Shown here piece after piece: positions 17,109-25,298 of a DNA stretch of 62,273 bases. Where the stretch lies: IMG/VR virus record IMGVR_UViG_3300031539_000026. One strand, given 5' to 3'. Origin of the DNA: a virus. The translations under genes were made by a program, and so were the position numbers. The notes beneath the pieces are model-generated. The model saw nothing but the letters and a program-made list of their open reading frames with translations. It searched no databases and was not told where the DNA came from. Numbering within the stretch: the first letter of the stretch is position 1; every line of letters begins with the position of its first letter.

Positions 17109-18524
17109 TTACTCAACTCCCATCCCAATCATCCCAAAAGCCGGCCCTTCCGCCTCGATAGCAGCAACTTCATCGTCTATGTCCAGCGTCTCGGACAGCA
17201 GGGCACGCCTCTTGATTTCTCTCAGGAACGTCTGCCTTGAAAGTTCGCCTGCCTGCCGTATTTTAATCAGCTCCGGTACATCCAGCATCGCCCTGACCCA
17301 GATAGAAAAGTTATTGAAAACATCTACCTTGAAATCTTCCGGCAGTGTAGCCTTGATCCATTCAGCCGCTATCTCATAAGCCTGCCTCAACAATCTCTCA
17401 AGTGACATTACCCACGCCTGTATATCGCAGTTGGCCCTGGACTCATCTATGTTCTGGCCGGTCGCTGTCTGGTTGCCGGCGTTGCGTAAGAAAGGCTGTA
17501 AGCCTAACATGACCATAGTTTCTTTTATGTCTTGCAAATTCTCACGCGCCACCTTAATAGAGTTTCCGTTTATTTCTACGAACTTTACATCTGATTCCGG
17601 ATTGCCCGTTGAGAGAATTTGATTTGGGCCTAATGCTACTTTTCCAGCTTCTTCTTCCGTAAAACCTTTAACAAAAAGTGTGGCAGTGCTTGCCATGTGA
17701 ATTAAATTCTGTAAGTCACTATCACATCGATAGTGTTTTTTATTAATTTCGGCCAGTTCCCTGAGCGGCGGCTCGGCAGTCATAAAGCCCGTCTGGTTAG
17801 CGTACCCGGTTACAAGCGGAACCTTGCCGAGACTGTTAGGCCCTTCACCGGCGATTGAATATTCATCCTTTTCTCCTTCGACATAAAGACGCCAATTATC
17901 GCGTTCATACACCCTGATATACTTGACCTGCTTTTCTCCCCAGTCACCAACCTGCTCGGTCTGCGTTTCTGCGATCCTGATTTGTGTCAATACGTTATTG
18001 CCGCTTGCATCTTTCTCCGTCCGCCATCCTATGAGCTGCTCGGGCTTAATATGTATAAACCTGGGCATTATCCCCGCGGACCTTTCCTGTGCGAGATTTG
18101 GCGTAGTCCCGTCCTTAGCAACCGTGCTCGGATAATCCACGAGAATATGACCGAGCCCGCGATTGACGAACTGGAAGAATATATCTTTTGCCAGTTGCGA
18201 CAGCGACTTGCCCTGGCCATCAACGTCGCCCTCTATTTCATCCAGCGGCGCAGGCGGATCTCCGTATAACTTCACCGGCTTGCTGAACGGCTTACTGCAA
18301 ATGCTCTTGACCGTATCGCCGTAAGCACTGAAAAGGATCGAGTTGGTAACCCGTGCGCTGTAGTGCTTCGTTTCTTCCTTGTCGAACTTCGGAAGGTATT
18401 TAGCCGACCCCGCCTGCATAGCGGCAGTGCCGGCAATCAAATCGTCAATCAAAGTCCACTCCGAAGCCATCGCATTGTAAGCACTGCACGGGGTATTTGC
18501 CTTTGCTTCATTCGTCTTAGCCAT
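17109..18524 (-). CDS. Portal protein
   Basis: ~471 aa between TerL and the MuF-like gene. Called from size and position; resembles DUF4055-type portals by eye. Confidence 0.7.
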   Translation of the reverse strand: MAKTNEAKANTPCSAYNAMASEWTLIDDLIAGTAAMQAGSAKYLPKFDKEETKHYSARVTNSILFSAYGDTVKSICSKPFSKPVKLYGDPPAPLDEIEGDVDGQGKSLSQLAKDIFFQFVNRGLGHILVDYPSTVAKDGTTPNLAQERSAGIMPRFIHIKPEQLIGWRTEKDASGNNVLTQIRIAETQTEQVGDWGEKQVKYIRVYERDNWRLYVEGEKDEYSIAGEGPNSLGKVPLVTGYANQTGFMTAEPPLRELAEINKKHYRCDSDLQNLIHMASTATLFVKGFTEEEAGKVALGPNQILSTGNPESDVKFVEINGNSIKVARENLQDIKETMVMLGLQPFLRNAGNQTATGQNIDESRANCDIQAWVMSLERLLRQAYEIAAEWIKATLPEDFKVDVFNNFSIWVRAMLDVPELIKIRQAGELSRQTFLREIKRRALLSETLDIDDEVAAIEAEGPAFGMIGMGVE

Positions 18525-18535
18525 AGTATTTTTTC

Positions 18536-18730
18536 TCACACCAAAAGTTTCTCTGCGTCCTTGTCGCTTCTAACTTCGGCAATCACGCCTTTGTTTAACA
18601 AATCCAGCAGCTTGCCGTCCTGCCTCTGGGCCAGTTGTGTCTCAAGATCTTTCTTGATGTTGTGAAACAACTGCCTGCTGCCGACTTGTAATTGCAGCTC
18701 CCTTGTCCTGTTTTTGTTTGCCTGGCCCAT
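18536..18730 (-). CDS. Small hypothetical protein
   Basis: 64-aa ORF overlapping the portal ORF by 4 nt. Confidence 0.4.
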   Translation of the reverse strand: MGQANKNRTRELQLQVGSRQLFHNIKKDLETQLAQRQDGKLLDLLNKGVIAEVRSDKDAEKLLV

Positions 18731-18732
18731 AT

Positions 18733-19023
18733 TCAGTTTTTTACCTCCCTGAGAATTTCACGCTGCATCGTAATCATCTGCTGTTGTGCAACATCAATTC
18801 GGTCTATCTTCTCATCAAGTCTTTCAATGTCCTTACCGATGCTCGTTACCGCTATGGTATTTGAGTCAATTTTCGGCACGAACTTTGATATTGTCCCCGT
18901 ATTCATTTCAACGCTTTTGCAGATCCCCGCCGCGTTCCATATCCAAACCAATGAGGCAAGAAGCAAAGCCGCCAACGAGCCTATTATAACCTTCAAGAAA
19001 GTACCGTTCTTTGTTTTGTCCAT
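18733..19023 (-). CDS. Membrane-anchored coiled-coil protein
   Basis: One TM segment (VIIGSLAALLLASLVWIW) followed by a heptad-like tail. Confidence 0.45.
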   Translation of the reverse strand: MDKTKNGTFLKVIIGSLAALLLASLVWIWNAAGICKSVEMNTGTISKFVPKIDSNTIAVTSIGKDIERLDEKIDRIDVAQQQMITMQREILREVKN

Positions 19024-19041
19024 TTTGTTTTCCCCTTCGTT

Positions 19042-21381
19042 TTAGCTCGCTTGCCTCACATTAAGGCTGTAAGTTTTCGACAGACATCTATATCTGACCT
19101 CGTCCGCGCAGTTATGAACAATGACCCCGTTGACTAAGACAAAGCAGTGGGTTAGATGTGCATCCAGGCAGTAAACGTCTGAAAAACCTGCTTGTTCAAC
19201 TCGCTTGACGGCCAAGCTTCCCACCGCAACGGCAGGAGCAGGTTTTGTTTGTATAATATTTACTAACGACAAAGATTTTTCCGCATACAATACATTTGCG
19301 CTCGATGTTATCTGCCCCTGTTTTTCTGCGATATGCAGACTTGCAATTATTCGAGCAGTAAAGCGAGCGAATGCCGCCGATAAACTCTTTGCCACAATTC
19401 CGGCAGTTTTTATCGACTTTTCTATGCAAAGCCTCATGGCAGTGCTTTTGATATTGCTGTTTGTGCCAGTCAATACCTTCTTTGCTCCCGTGCCATATCC
19501 GGGCCGCTTCGCGAGCTTTTGATACATCCTCGTTGCAATCGCCCTGAGCATGATGCTTTTGAATATGTTTACTCTGTTGAATAATTTCGAGATTGTCGAT
19601 GTCGTTATTTGTTCTGTCGCCGTCGATATGGTGGACGCTAAAACCTTTTGGGATTGTTCCGTGATGATATTCCCATACTTTGCGATGAAGTCTGACACCT
19701 TTGTTCTGGTAATAGTATCCGCACAAATAATATGGCTTACCTTGAAATTCTTGTCGTCTGGCTGATATGATTTCGACTTCCATTCCTTAGCCTCTTTCCA
19801 TTGGTTATTGGCTGTCAATATTTTATGATCACCAGTGCATATTATAAACGAATCATCCTCAAAAGTAATGCGAAATACTTCTATATTTTTCCTCGTTAAT
19901 TTGCAGTTTTTGTATTCAGTCCAATAGCCACCCGCTGTCAAAACTAAACCTTCAGTTCCTACTAATTCTCGTATTGGAAAATTTCCTTTTGAGGTTACAA
20001 TGAGTGTGTCACCGTGCAAACAGTGATCCTCGGCGGCGCTATCGACATCGTCAGCCTGGCGTTTGTCTCTCGGAAGGACCGGAACCGTTCTTATGAATTG
20101 CCGGCATGTGTCGAACACATAAAACCCGGGACCTTCCCTGCTGATAGAGTTTTTTAAACGCACCCTGAGAATTTCCCAGCCGTTGATCCTGCTGCCTGGC
20201 GACTTGTTTGCCCGCGTCCACCTGATGCCCATTCTCTCCATATCGCTTGCGATACAATTTCCGTTCTCAACTGTGAATATCTCGGTATCAGCCGGGCCGG
20301 GATTAACATTTCTGCCGAGTGCTCTTTCGTATTCACGTATTTTTCTCGCAATTTCGGTAGGAATTTCGCGAGTGCCCTCGTTTGGCTTACCAGTCCAGCC
20401 GTAAATCTCCGCTATGCGAAATAGGTCTCCCCGCTGCGTTGCTCTAAGTGAACCATCATTCAACTTGACATCGCAGCCATCAGACTCCGCCCAAAACCCG
20501 ACAGAATAGGGTCTGCTGCTGCCCCTATCGAAAGACCTGTCAATCTTCCACGTCGCCGGTATCTCGAAGGGCGCAACGATATGAACCTTGCTGTCCCAAA
20601 CATCGTCGAACATTCCTCCGGCTACGATATCCCAGTCACCTTCGAGCCATGCGGCGCGCCTTGCCCCTGTCTGAGATCTCAGCATGTTCACGTAAGCCGG
20701 ATCGTTTTGCAGGACAATCAAATTCTCCCAAATCGTTCCATGTATCGCAACCCTCTCCGTGCCATCTTCGTCCAATATGACAACTTCCCTCGGGGCCGGA
20801 TCTACAAACCGAGCTTTCACCCAGTTGTGACCGACGCCATAAGGATTGCAACTGGCCCTGTAATGGTGAGGAACGTTGGGATCCGACGACCTGCAGACCG
20901 TTCGCATTGTCATGTAAAGCTCATCGTCGGGCCACAAAGTCAATTCATCCCATCCGATCCAGGGGTATTCGTGGCCGTGATAATTCCAGTAGTCGTCTAT
21001 GTTCCTGGCGTAGCGAAACAGGAGCTGCTCGCCGTCCGGGAATATCCACCTGTGACTTGACCCGTTGTATATAGCTCCCGGAAAGATTTGATAAAAAAAC
21101 CGCTTGGATTTGATCTCAATTTCTTCCAGGTCCGGATACTGCAAGCGAAACAGGATCCCACGCCAGGCAGGGCCGTAACCCCTGCCCACGAACTGAGCAT
21201 AATCCATCAATAGCGCATCGGTCTTGCCCGGCCCTCTCGTACCTTCGTAAAGGCACTCGAAAATCGGGCATGAAAGAACTCTTTGCTGGCTTCCTGGGAG
21301 CGGAGACCAGACAACGTTTAATTTTTCTTTTCCTGCCCGCCCGGCTCTTCTACTTTTACGTTTTGACTTTGTTTTAACCAT
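19042..21381 (-). CDS. terL: Terminase large subunit, interrupted by an intein
   Basis: Walker A is GTRGPGKTD. After removing residues C495-N798 (full-ORF numbering), the nuclease-end motif reads DVDSAAEDH/CADEVRYRC. Start taken at MVKTKSK (21381). Confidence 0.9.
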   Translation of the reverse strand: MVKTKSKRKSRRAGRAGKEKLNVVWSPLPGSQQRVLSCPIFECLYEGTRGPGKTDALLMDYAQFVGRGYGPAWRGILFRLQYPDLEEIEIKSKRFFYQIFPGAIYNGSSHRWIFPDGEQLLFRYARNIDDYWNYHGHEYPWIGWDELTLWPDDELYMTMRTVCRSSDPNVPHHYRASCNPYGVGHNWVKARFVDPAPREVVILDEDGTERVAIHGTIWENLIVLQNDPAYVNMLRSQTGARRAAWLEGDWDIVAGGMFDDVWDSKVHIVAPFEIPATWKIDRSFDRGSSRPYSVGFWAESDGCDVKLNDGSLRATQRGDLFRIAEIYGWTGKPNEGTREIPTEIARKIREYERALGRNVNPGPADTEIFTVENGNCIASDMERMGIRWTRANKSPGSRINGWEILRVRLKNSISREGPGFYVFDTCRQFIRTVPVLPRDKRQADDVDSAAEDHCLHGDTLIVTSKGNFPIRELVGTEGLVLTAGGYWTEYKNCKLTRKNIEVFRITFEDDSFIICTGDHKILTANNQWKEAKEWKSKSYQPDDKNFKVSHIICADTITRTKVSDFIAKYGNIITEQSQKVLASTISTATEQITTSTISKLFNRVNIFKSIMLRAIATRMYQKLAKRPGYGTGAKKVLTGTNSNIKSTAMRLCIEKSIKTAGIVAKSLSAAFARFTARIIASLHIAEKQGQITSSANVLYAEKSLSLVNIIQTKPAPAVAVGSLAVKRVEQAGFSDVYCLDAHLTHCFVLVNGVIVHNCADEVRYRCLSKTYSLNVRQAS
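19111..20022 (-). mobile_element. Intein (304 aa) in TerL
   Basis: N-terminal CLHGDTLIV, block B TGDHKILT, C-terminal VYCLDA..HCFVLVNGVIVHN followed by +1 Cys. Confidence 0.85.
19196..19783 (-). CDS. HNH (HNH_3-type) homing endonuclease, encoded out of frame inside the intein
   Basis: LHRKVWEYHHGTIPKGFSVHHIDGDRTNNDIDNLEII plus C-terminal Cys pairs. It has its own ATG with AAGAGG..AAGGA upstream. Its frame is offset from terL. Confidence 0.8.
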   Translation of the reverse strand: MEVEIISARRQEFQGKPYYLCGYYYQNKGVRLHRKVWEYHHGTIPKGFSVHHIDGDRTNNDIDNLEIIQQSKHIQKHHAQGDCNEDVSKAREAARIWHGSKEGIDWHKQQYQKHCHEALHRKVDKNCRNCGKEFIGGIRSLYCSNNCKSAYRRKTGADNIERKCIVCGKIFVVSKYYTNKTCSCRCGGKLGRQAS

Positions 21382-21869
21382 TCTTCCTTGCTCATCGGAG
21401 GCGCCACCACTAACACGCCGGCGTTCTTTATCTCGCCGCTGTGCTTGATATTTTGAGTGTTCTTCCAGTTGTCCGGATCGCGGTTTGTAGTCCAGAATAT
21501 ACACGCTGCCGTGTCCGGCGGTACCTGCTTTGTGGTTTTCCTTATCACCCTTCTTTGAGTTAGCGGCTGCCCAGTCTGATTCTTCTGTTGTGCCCCGGTG
21601 TCTGTTATCTCCGTATGAATCTCGTCGTATTCGTAGCCGGTAGCCCGTTTATGCAGGGCATTTACTACCAAAGCAGTGGCGTCCAGGGCTCCTTTTTTTA
21701 TCATGTCCCGAAATACCCGAAATTCCTTCTTGTACCTATCCCATGCTGATCTACCTACGCCCAAGCTTTTTGCTATACTTTTCTCTGTATGCCCACTCCG
21801 CAGGAACCCTTTTATGACCTCAAAATTAGGCTCGACGTGGGTATGATATTTTGACTTCCTGCCTGCCAT
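21318..21869 (-). CDS. terS: Terminase small subunit
   Basis: HTH-like SIAKSLGVGRSAWDRYKK, then ACIFWTTNRDPDNWKN. Start at 21869 is coupled to the upstream stop (TAATG). Confidence 0.7.
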   Translation of the reverse strand: MAGRKSKYHTHVEPNFEVIKGFLRSGHTEKSIAKSLGVGRSAWDRYKKEFRVFRDMIKKGALDATALVVNALHKRATGYEYDEIHTEITDTGAQQKNQTGQPLTQRRVIRKTTKQVPPDTAACIFWTTNRDPDNWKNTQNIKHSGEIKNAGVLVVAPPMSKEEWLKQSQNVKVEEPGGQEKKN

Positions 21870-22069
21870 TACTCGAACGCCCTCCGCAGACCGAACAGCC
21901 TTGTCGTTTGCCATTCATCGAGACTGTCTGCACTCTTTTTCAGTTGCTTTTTCTGAGCGTTCGTCTTAGGTTCGATTTGCAGAATAAGCCCCATCGCCTG
22001 GCCCGCCAGGTTCTCTACCTGCTCGACCAAACAGATGTTGACATTCGGATTGTTGCCGTTCTCTGCCAT
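21869..22069 (-). CDS. Small hypothetical protein
   Basis: 66-aa ORF, translationally coupled to terS. Confidence 0.4.
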   Translation of the reverse strand: MAENGNNPNVNICLVEQVENLAGQAMGLILQIEPKTNAQKKQLKKSADSLDEWQTTRLFGLRRAFE

Positions 22070-22120
22070 ACAGCACAGAATAACGGCTAATGAAGTGATT
22101 TTACTTGAATTGCGGGATTG

Positions 22121-22348
22121 TTATTGGCATTTTCTCAAACATGAAAAAGTAATTCGCAAGCCATTTTCGACTTGGTCGCAACTTAGACCCAAGCTACCGA
22201 GAACACGAGCAAACTCTGTCATCCCGGCATGAATCTCATCGTCGGACAAGTCGGATGTGTCTACGCCCCAAAACAAAAGCTCTCTGCGTATTCGATTGAG
22301 AGCCCTTCGTGTTCTCCAGTTGACAAAAGCTTGTTTGATTCTGTTCAT
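22121..22348 (-). CDS. Small hypothetical protein
   Basis: 75-aa ORF in the operon. Confidence 0.4.
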   Translation of the reverse strand: MNRIKQAFVNWRTRRALNRIRRELLFWGVDTSDLSDDEIHAGMTEFARVLGSLGLSCDQVENGLRITFSCLRKCQ

Positions 22349-22357
22349 GGCTCACCT

Positions 22358-22558
22358 TCACCTTCTCTTTCTATCCCAATGCAGCCCCCGATTTAAGCTC
22401 ATATACCCGGCAAGTATTATAATCGGCCGTCGAGACAAAAGCCAGGGTGATAATTTTTTATCCGCTGCCGGCCAGTATTTCAAACATATACCCCAGCCGC
22501 CATATTTCGAAAAGCACCAACCGTAAACCCCGCCGAGTATTTCAAAGAGTTCGTTCAT
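22358..22558 (-). CDS. Small hypothetical protein
   Basis: 66-aa W/G-rich ORF. Confidence 0.35.
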   Translation of the reverse strand: MNELFEILGGVYGWCFSKYGGWGICLKYWPAADKKLSPWLLSRRPIIILAGYMSLNRGLHWDRKRR

Positions 22559-22817
22559 TCTTTATTTTTATCCATTTTTCCCTTGAAGGGCAGTTGGCCA
22601 AAGCCCAGTTACGCAATTCAACCACCGAGAATCGGACGCATTTACTACTCAGACGAATCAGCCGCGGGCCGATCCTGCCAGCAGATAGCAGCCGATAGAA
22701 CATGGCAACTGATATATCCAGCATCGCGGCAGCTTTTTTAGCATCGACGAGAACAGCCTCGATGTCACTTTGTGCTTTCACTTTTGCTTTGCTTGGTATT
22801 TTAAATCTTTCATCCAT
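22542..22817 (-). CDS. Excisionase/AlpA-type HTH DNA-binding protein
   Basis: AAAMLDISVAMFYRLLSAGRIGPRLIRLSSKCVRFSVVELRNW. Confidence 0.6.
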   Translation of the reverse strand: MDERFKIPSKAKVKAQSDIEAVLVDAKKAAAMLDISVAMFYRLLSAGRIGPRLIRLSSKCVRFSVVELRNWALANCPSREKWIKIKNERTL

Positions 22818-22875
22818 ATTCGAGAGTCCTAAAAATGGAGAGCCGGATTAACCGACTCCCCAAATTGAAAAAACT

Positions 22876-22958
22876 GTTCTGTCTTGTCGGGTCGCGTCAA
22901 GTCCCGTCCTGTCACGTCCAATCGGGTCTCGTCAGGTCAAGTCTCTTCTTGTCATGTT
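22876..22958. repeat. NNGTC pentanucleotide array A (~17 units)
   Basis: GTC at 22881, 22886, 22891 ... 22951 in an unbroken 5-nt phase. 13 exact GTC; variants are ATC/TTC/GTT. Confidence 0.9.
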
Positions 22959-22988
22959 TATTTCGTTTTCTACGCCCTCAATAAAATA

Positions 22989-23121
22989 GTCTTGTCTTGT
23001 CTGGTCCCGTCTGGTCCCGTCGAGTCGCGTCGAGTCGCGTCGAGTCGCGTCGAGTCGAGTCGCATCGGGTCCCGTCAAGTCGCGTCCAGTCGCGTTATGT
23101 TGCGTCAGGTCGGGTCGCGTC
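22989..23121. repeat. NNGTC pentanucleotide array B (~27 units)
   Basis: GTC every 5 nt from 22989 to 23119. 24 exact GTC. Includes (gagtcgcgtc)x3. Confidence 0.9.
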
Positions 23122-23686
23122 AATCTACTTTATTCCAAGTCACTTCGACCACTTCGAATCGGCCAAAAAATCCATTGTTTCTTGGTCTGGAAAATCCTAT
23201 ACCGATGAATTTTCCCGCCTGCTCCAGGACATACTTGAAAACATCTTCTGTGATAGTTTCGTCAAAAACGTAGAATGTTACAGTAGCTTCCCATTGCTGC
23301 GTGATAGGAAAGTGCTTTTCTACCCGCCTAGACCCGCCACGCTTTCCGTCGGCAGGAACAAACAGAGACAATTTTTGCATTTTATCTATGTGAATTCCAA
23401 GCGGCACTATCTCGGAAACCATAACTCCGGCCTCAAAATGCTTTGTGTACGTGGCCTTGCCTTTGCCCGGTATCTGCATTGAGAGGTATTTTGCCGCCTC
23501 CGATAAGCAGTTCTTGAACGCCGTCGGCGGGATAAAGACCATCCCTTTATCATCGGTATGGCAACGGTTACGCCATGTGCGATTTTCGTAATCCGCCGAG
23601 CCTTCCTTCTCAATCTTTTCCGTGTTATGATACCGACTTTGCCCATACGGGCTTGCTGATTTGAGTTTTGTTTTTACTGTAATCAT
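23120..23686 (-). CDS. Conserved-looking hypothetical protein bracketed by the pentamer arrays; C-terminal glycine-rich loop
   Basis: 188 aa from MITVKTK (RBS GAAAGGAAAG). Ends FIGIGFSRPRNNGFFGRFEVVEV. The upstream 42 codons of the ORF-track entry are array read-through. Confidence 0.6.
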   Translation of the reverse strand: MITVKTKLKSASPYGQSRYHNTEKIEKEGSADYENRTWRNRCHTDDKGMVFIPPTAFKNCLSEAAKYLSMQIPGKGKATYTKHFEAGVMVSEIVPLGIHIDKMQKLSLFVPADGKRGGSRRVEKHFPITQQWEATVTFYVFDETITEDVFKYVLEQAGKFIGIGFSRPRNNGFFGRFEVVEVTWNKVD

Positions 23687-23737
23687 CTTTCTTTCCTTTC
23701 TTAAATAAAAGTGTGTTGTCTTGAATAAAAAATTCTT

Positions 23738-23825
23738 GTCTTGTCGCGTCCTGTCCTGTCGAGTCCCGTCGAGTGTAGTCATGTCGCGTCCAGTCGTGTC
23801 AAGTCCGGTCAAGTCTAATCATGTT
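23738..23825. repeat. NNGTC pentanucleotide array C (~18 units)
   Basis: GTC in phase from 23738 to 23813. 15 exact GTC. Confidence 0.9.
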
Positions 23826-23854
23826 TATTTTGTTTTCACCTCCAAAAAAAGCCT

Positions 23855-23937
23855 GTCTTGTCGCATCATATCACGTCCCATCCCGTCCGGTCGAATCCCG
23901 TCGTGTCCAGTCGCGTCATGTCGAGTCAGGTCATGTC
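23855..23937. repeat. NNGTC pentanucleotide array D (~17 units)
   Basis: GTC/ATC in phase from 23855 to 23935. 13 exact GTC. Confidence 0.9.
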
Positions 23938-23976
23938 GAGCTAATTTCGTTTTCTGCGCCCTCCAAAAAAAGGCTC

Positions 23977-24054
23977 GTCTTGTCTTGTCGAGTCCAGTCT
24001 TGTCACGTCCCGTTGAGTTGGGTCCGGTCCGGTCGCGTCGAGTCATGTCAAGTT
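23977..24054. repeat. NNGTC pentanucleotide array E (~16 units)
   Basis: GTC/GTT in phase from 23977 to 24052. 13 exact GTC. Confidence 0.9.
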
Positions 24055-24569
24055 GTCTTATGTCCGTTTTGAAACAATTTAAGTGTCTGCTGGGTTGGCA
24101 ATTCCAGTATATTATGCTCCTGGATATACGCTGTTAATTGTTTTGGTGTCTGGCGTCTCGTAAACAGGGCCGTCGCTCCAAGCTTGCTAAGTTCCACGGC
24201 CAAGGGAAGTATTTGTTCCGGCGACAGTTCCTTTCCTGTAATTGCATTGAGAATTCTCTTTCTATGTTTTTGAGAGTGACGATGCAGGTGAGCATTTGTT
24301 TTTCCACCAATACCAGCGTAATCGGTAGTCACTCGAAGCCCTTCATTCATTACAGGCTCAATCACAATCTGAAAATCCTTCTCAATTCTTTTGCGGGCTG
24401 TGCTTAATAATCCGCGGGCATTCATTTGAACATTCCGCCCGATGCTTGATGATAATTCCTCGTAGCTGATTTCAGCTTGCTTGTTCTTTATAAATTTACT
24501 TTCCATAACATTGTAAAGAATTCTTGTGTCCGTGTGCATTTCAGCGATTGTAATTCGTCTCGTTTCCAT
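24048..24569 (-). CDS. Hypothetical protein (possible regulator)
   Basis: 173-aa ORF ending at the edge of array E. No motif recognised. Confidence 0.45.
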   Translation of the reverse strand: METRRITIAEMHTDTRILYNVMESKFIKNKQAEISYEELSSSIGRNVQMNARGLLSTARKRIEKDFQIVIEPVMNEGLRVTTDYAGIGGKTNAHLHRHSQKHRKRILNAITGKELSPEQILPLAVELSKLGATALFTRRQTPKQLTAYIQEHNILELPTQQTLKLFQNGHKTT

Positions 24570-24583
24570 AATTGATTCCTTTC

Positions 24584-24973
24584 TTAAATACCATTTTCGT
24601 TATTATCCAACGCGACTAATACTTTTCTCATATCAACGTCGCCGAAAACCTGCCGGTCACTCCTTCGCATATAGTATTGGATCATCTTGGCGTGCCAGTC
24701 CTTTCTGTTCCTTTTCCGCAGCTTATCTATAACCATTTGCGCGAACTTATACGGCACAGACACGGCTACGACGGGCTCGTTTAAGTCAAGCCTGAATATC
24801 TCAGTAAGGAGCTGGTGGTGAGTTTTGCTTATATTGTTTATCCGTAACTGCAAATACTCCTCAGCCTCTTTCCTGCCCTGGAGCCTTGCAGCCAGCACAT
24901 CTTCCACCGTGTACGTTTTTTGAGGCTTAGCATTTTCCATGAAGCACTTCCCTGTTAACGCCGCCCTTCGCAC
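24584..24973 (-). CDS. Hypothetical protein
   Basis: 129-aa ORF (alternative start at 24940). Confidence 0.4.
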   Translation of the reverse strand: MRRAALTGKCFMENAKPQKTYTVEDVLAARLQGRKEAEEYLQLRINNISKTHHQLLTEIFRLDLNEPVVAVSVPYKFAQMVIDKLRKRNRKDWHAKMIQYYMRRSDRQVFGDVDMRKVLVALDNNENGI

Positions 24974-25298
24974 TCATTGCCATATCGACGGCCTTCTTGA
25001 TCGCTTTATGAATCCAGATGAATGAATTCCTGTTGTCGTCGAGCACCAAAATCGAATTGAGCATAAATATCTGCTCCCAGGTCAGGTCCAGCAAGGCCAT
25101 TGTTTTGCCTGTCCAGTCGATAGCCCAATGACAAGAAAGATGCAGCTCGGTTGCTATTTCTTCGACGCAACCCTGCCCCCTCAGCCTGGCAAAGCTTACG
25201 AACTCGGCAAACTGCATAAACTGCCCAAAGCTGAACCCGATAAAAGAAATAAGCTCGGGCTCTTGTTCGTTGTCAACTTTCACCTGCATGATTTTCAC
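24927..25298 (-). CDS. Hypothetical protein
   Basis: 123-aa ORF. Confidence 0.4.
   Translation of the reverse strand: MKIMQVKVDNEQEPELISFIGFSFGQFMQFAEFVSFARLRGQGCVEEIATELHLSCHWAIDWTGKTMALLDLTWEQIFMLNSILVLDDNRNSFIWIHKAIKKAVDMAMSAKGGVNREVLHGKC

Noticed and set aside
22956-23976. The three ~30-nt conserved inter-array elements separated by ~85-130 nt could be read as a small CRISPR-like repeat-spacer array.
   Set aside because: The supposed spacers are low-complexity period-5 repeats rather than unique sequences. The conserved elements are only partly similar and non-palindromic. The spacing is too long and variable, and no cas genes are present.
22884-24137. Multiple ORFs in several frames on both strands across the pentamer arrays (for example 22884-23273, 22997-23482, 23721-24137, 23821-24072, 22932-23123, 23825-24046, and the first 42 codons of 23120-23812).
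   Set aside because: A GTCNN/GACNN repeat almost cannot generate stop codons, so open frames are automatic. The translations are degenerate SRRV or DxTRx repeats. The ATGs lack properly spaced RBSs. The real gene starts at 23686 with a good RBS.
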